Shown in pieces: positions 63,665 through 64,000 of a stretch of 64,000 bases of DNA. Under the pieces are notes generated by a model, which was not told the origin of the DNA, ran no database searches, and was given only the letters and a program-made list of their open reading frames with translations. The translations under genes were made by a program, and so were the position numbers. The stretch is from an uncultured Bacilli bacterium (GTDB taxonomy: Bacteria > Bacillota_I > Bacilli_A > RF39 > UBA660), in the NCBI GenBank assembly GCA_934167695.1, contig CAKPLP010000007.1, positions 658 to 64,657 on the forward strand. The letters are read 5' to 3'. Position 1 is the first letter of the stretch; each line of letters opens with the position of its first letter.

Positions 63665-64000
63665 ATGTTAGAAGTAAGAAATGTAAGTTTGAAATTTGGA
63701 AAGAGAACTTTATTTGAAGATGTTAATTTAAAGTTTCAAGATGGAGCATGCTATGGTCTAATCGGAGCAAATGGTGCAGGAAAATCTACTTTTCTTAAAA
63801 TCTTATCAAAAGAGCTTGATACAACAACAGGAGAAGTTTATTTAGAAAAAGGCAAAAGAATTTCCTTTTTAAAACAAGATCATTATATGTATGATGATGT
63901 AAGTGTTATAAATACAGTTTTAATGGGAAATGAAAAGCTATGGAAAATAATGGAAGAGAAAAATAAACTTTATAGTCAAACAGAATTTTCTGATGAGGAT
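63665..64000 (+). CDS. ABC-F family ATPase (5' part; continues beyond the window)
   Basis: MLEVRNVSLKFGKRTLFEDVNLKF..GACYGLIGANGAGKSTFLKIL. SD GAGGTG. The frame is open to the window end. Confidence 0.8.
   Translation, partial: MLEVRNVSLKFGKRTLFEDVNLKFQDGACYGLIGANGAGKSTFLKILSKELDTTTGEVYLEKGKRISFLKQDHYMYDDVSVINTVLMGNEKLWKIMEEKNKLYSQTEFSDED

Overview
This is a very AT-rich (under about 30% GC by eye) Firmicutes chromosomal segment. It is probably from an endospore former, because it carries CotY/CotZ-type coat genes and a SigE/SigK-like sigma factor. Nearly all genes are on the + strand. All calls come from reading the supplied ORF translations and the raw DNA. No homology or covariance searches were run, so family names rest on recognised motifs.

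Gene content, left to right:
- The right end of an integrated element: the C-terminus of a large serine recombinase, abutting an orphan 3' fragment of a SEDS (FtsW/RodA/SpoVE) gene.
- deoD-add, an ABC exporter, two orphan proteins, an XRE regulator and two flavoproteins.
- An ArsR/HMA/P1B-ATPase metal-resistance operon.
- A pentapeptide protein, a PAP2 phosphatase, DgkA and an AMP-ligase.
- A hybrid histidine kinase followed by an Hpt-REC protein.
- A surface-protein island: a 2345-aa repeat protein with near-identical internal duplications, a CxxC thioredoxin-like protein and two small TasA-like paralogs.
- The distal dcw cluster (murG-murB-divIB-ftsA-ftsZ), ftsK, an M16 peptidase pair, yidD, rnc, a NUDIX hydrolase, RNase J, a GT4 glycosyltransferase, a SEDS gene and a MacB-like ABC transporter.
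- Tandem cotY/cotZ-like genes with a sigmaK-type promoter.
- A second surface-protein region with lectin-like Cys-rich paralogs, an extended sigma factor, a giant prepilin-like protein, a GH73 glucosaminidase and kinase-like paralogs.
- An alarmone synthetase, a phosphodiesterase and a cysteine desulfurase.
- A partial ABC-F gene at the right edge.

Most interesting observations:
1. A roughly 580-nt GC-enriched, helix-rich non-coding region at 59.5-60.1 kb has its own near-consensus promoter. A 197-aa protein with four TM segments follows immediately. This layout matches OLE RNA/oapA.
2. Two paralogous surface-protein genes share a conserved leader. Each leader holds a strongly SD-preceded mini-ORF containing a G12 or G9 homopolymer, inside a hairpin whose arms co-vary.
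3. The recombinase/split-SEDS junction at the left edge.
4. A modular family of surface proteins with SipW/TasA-like N-termini.
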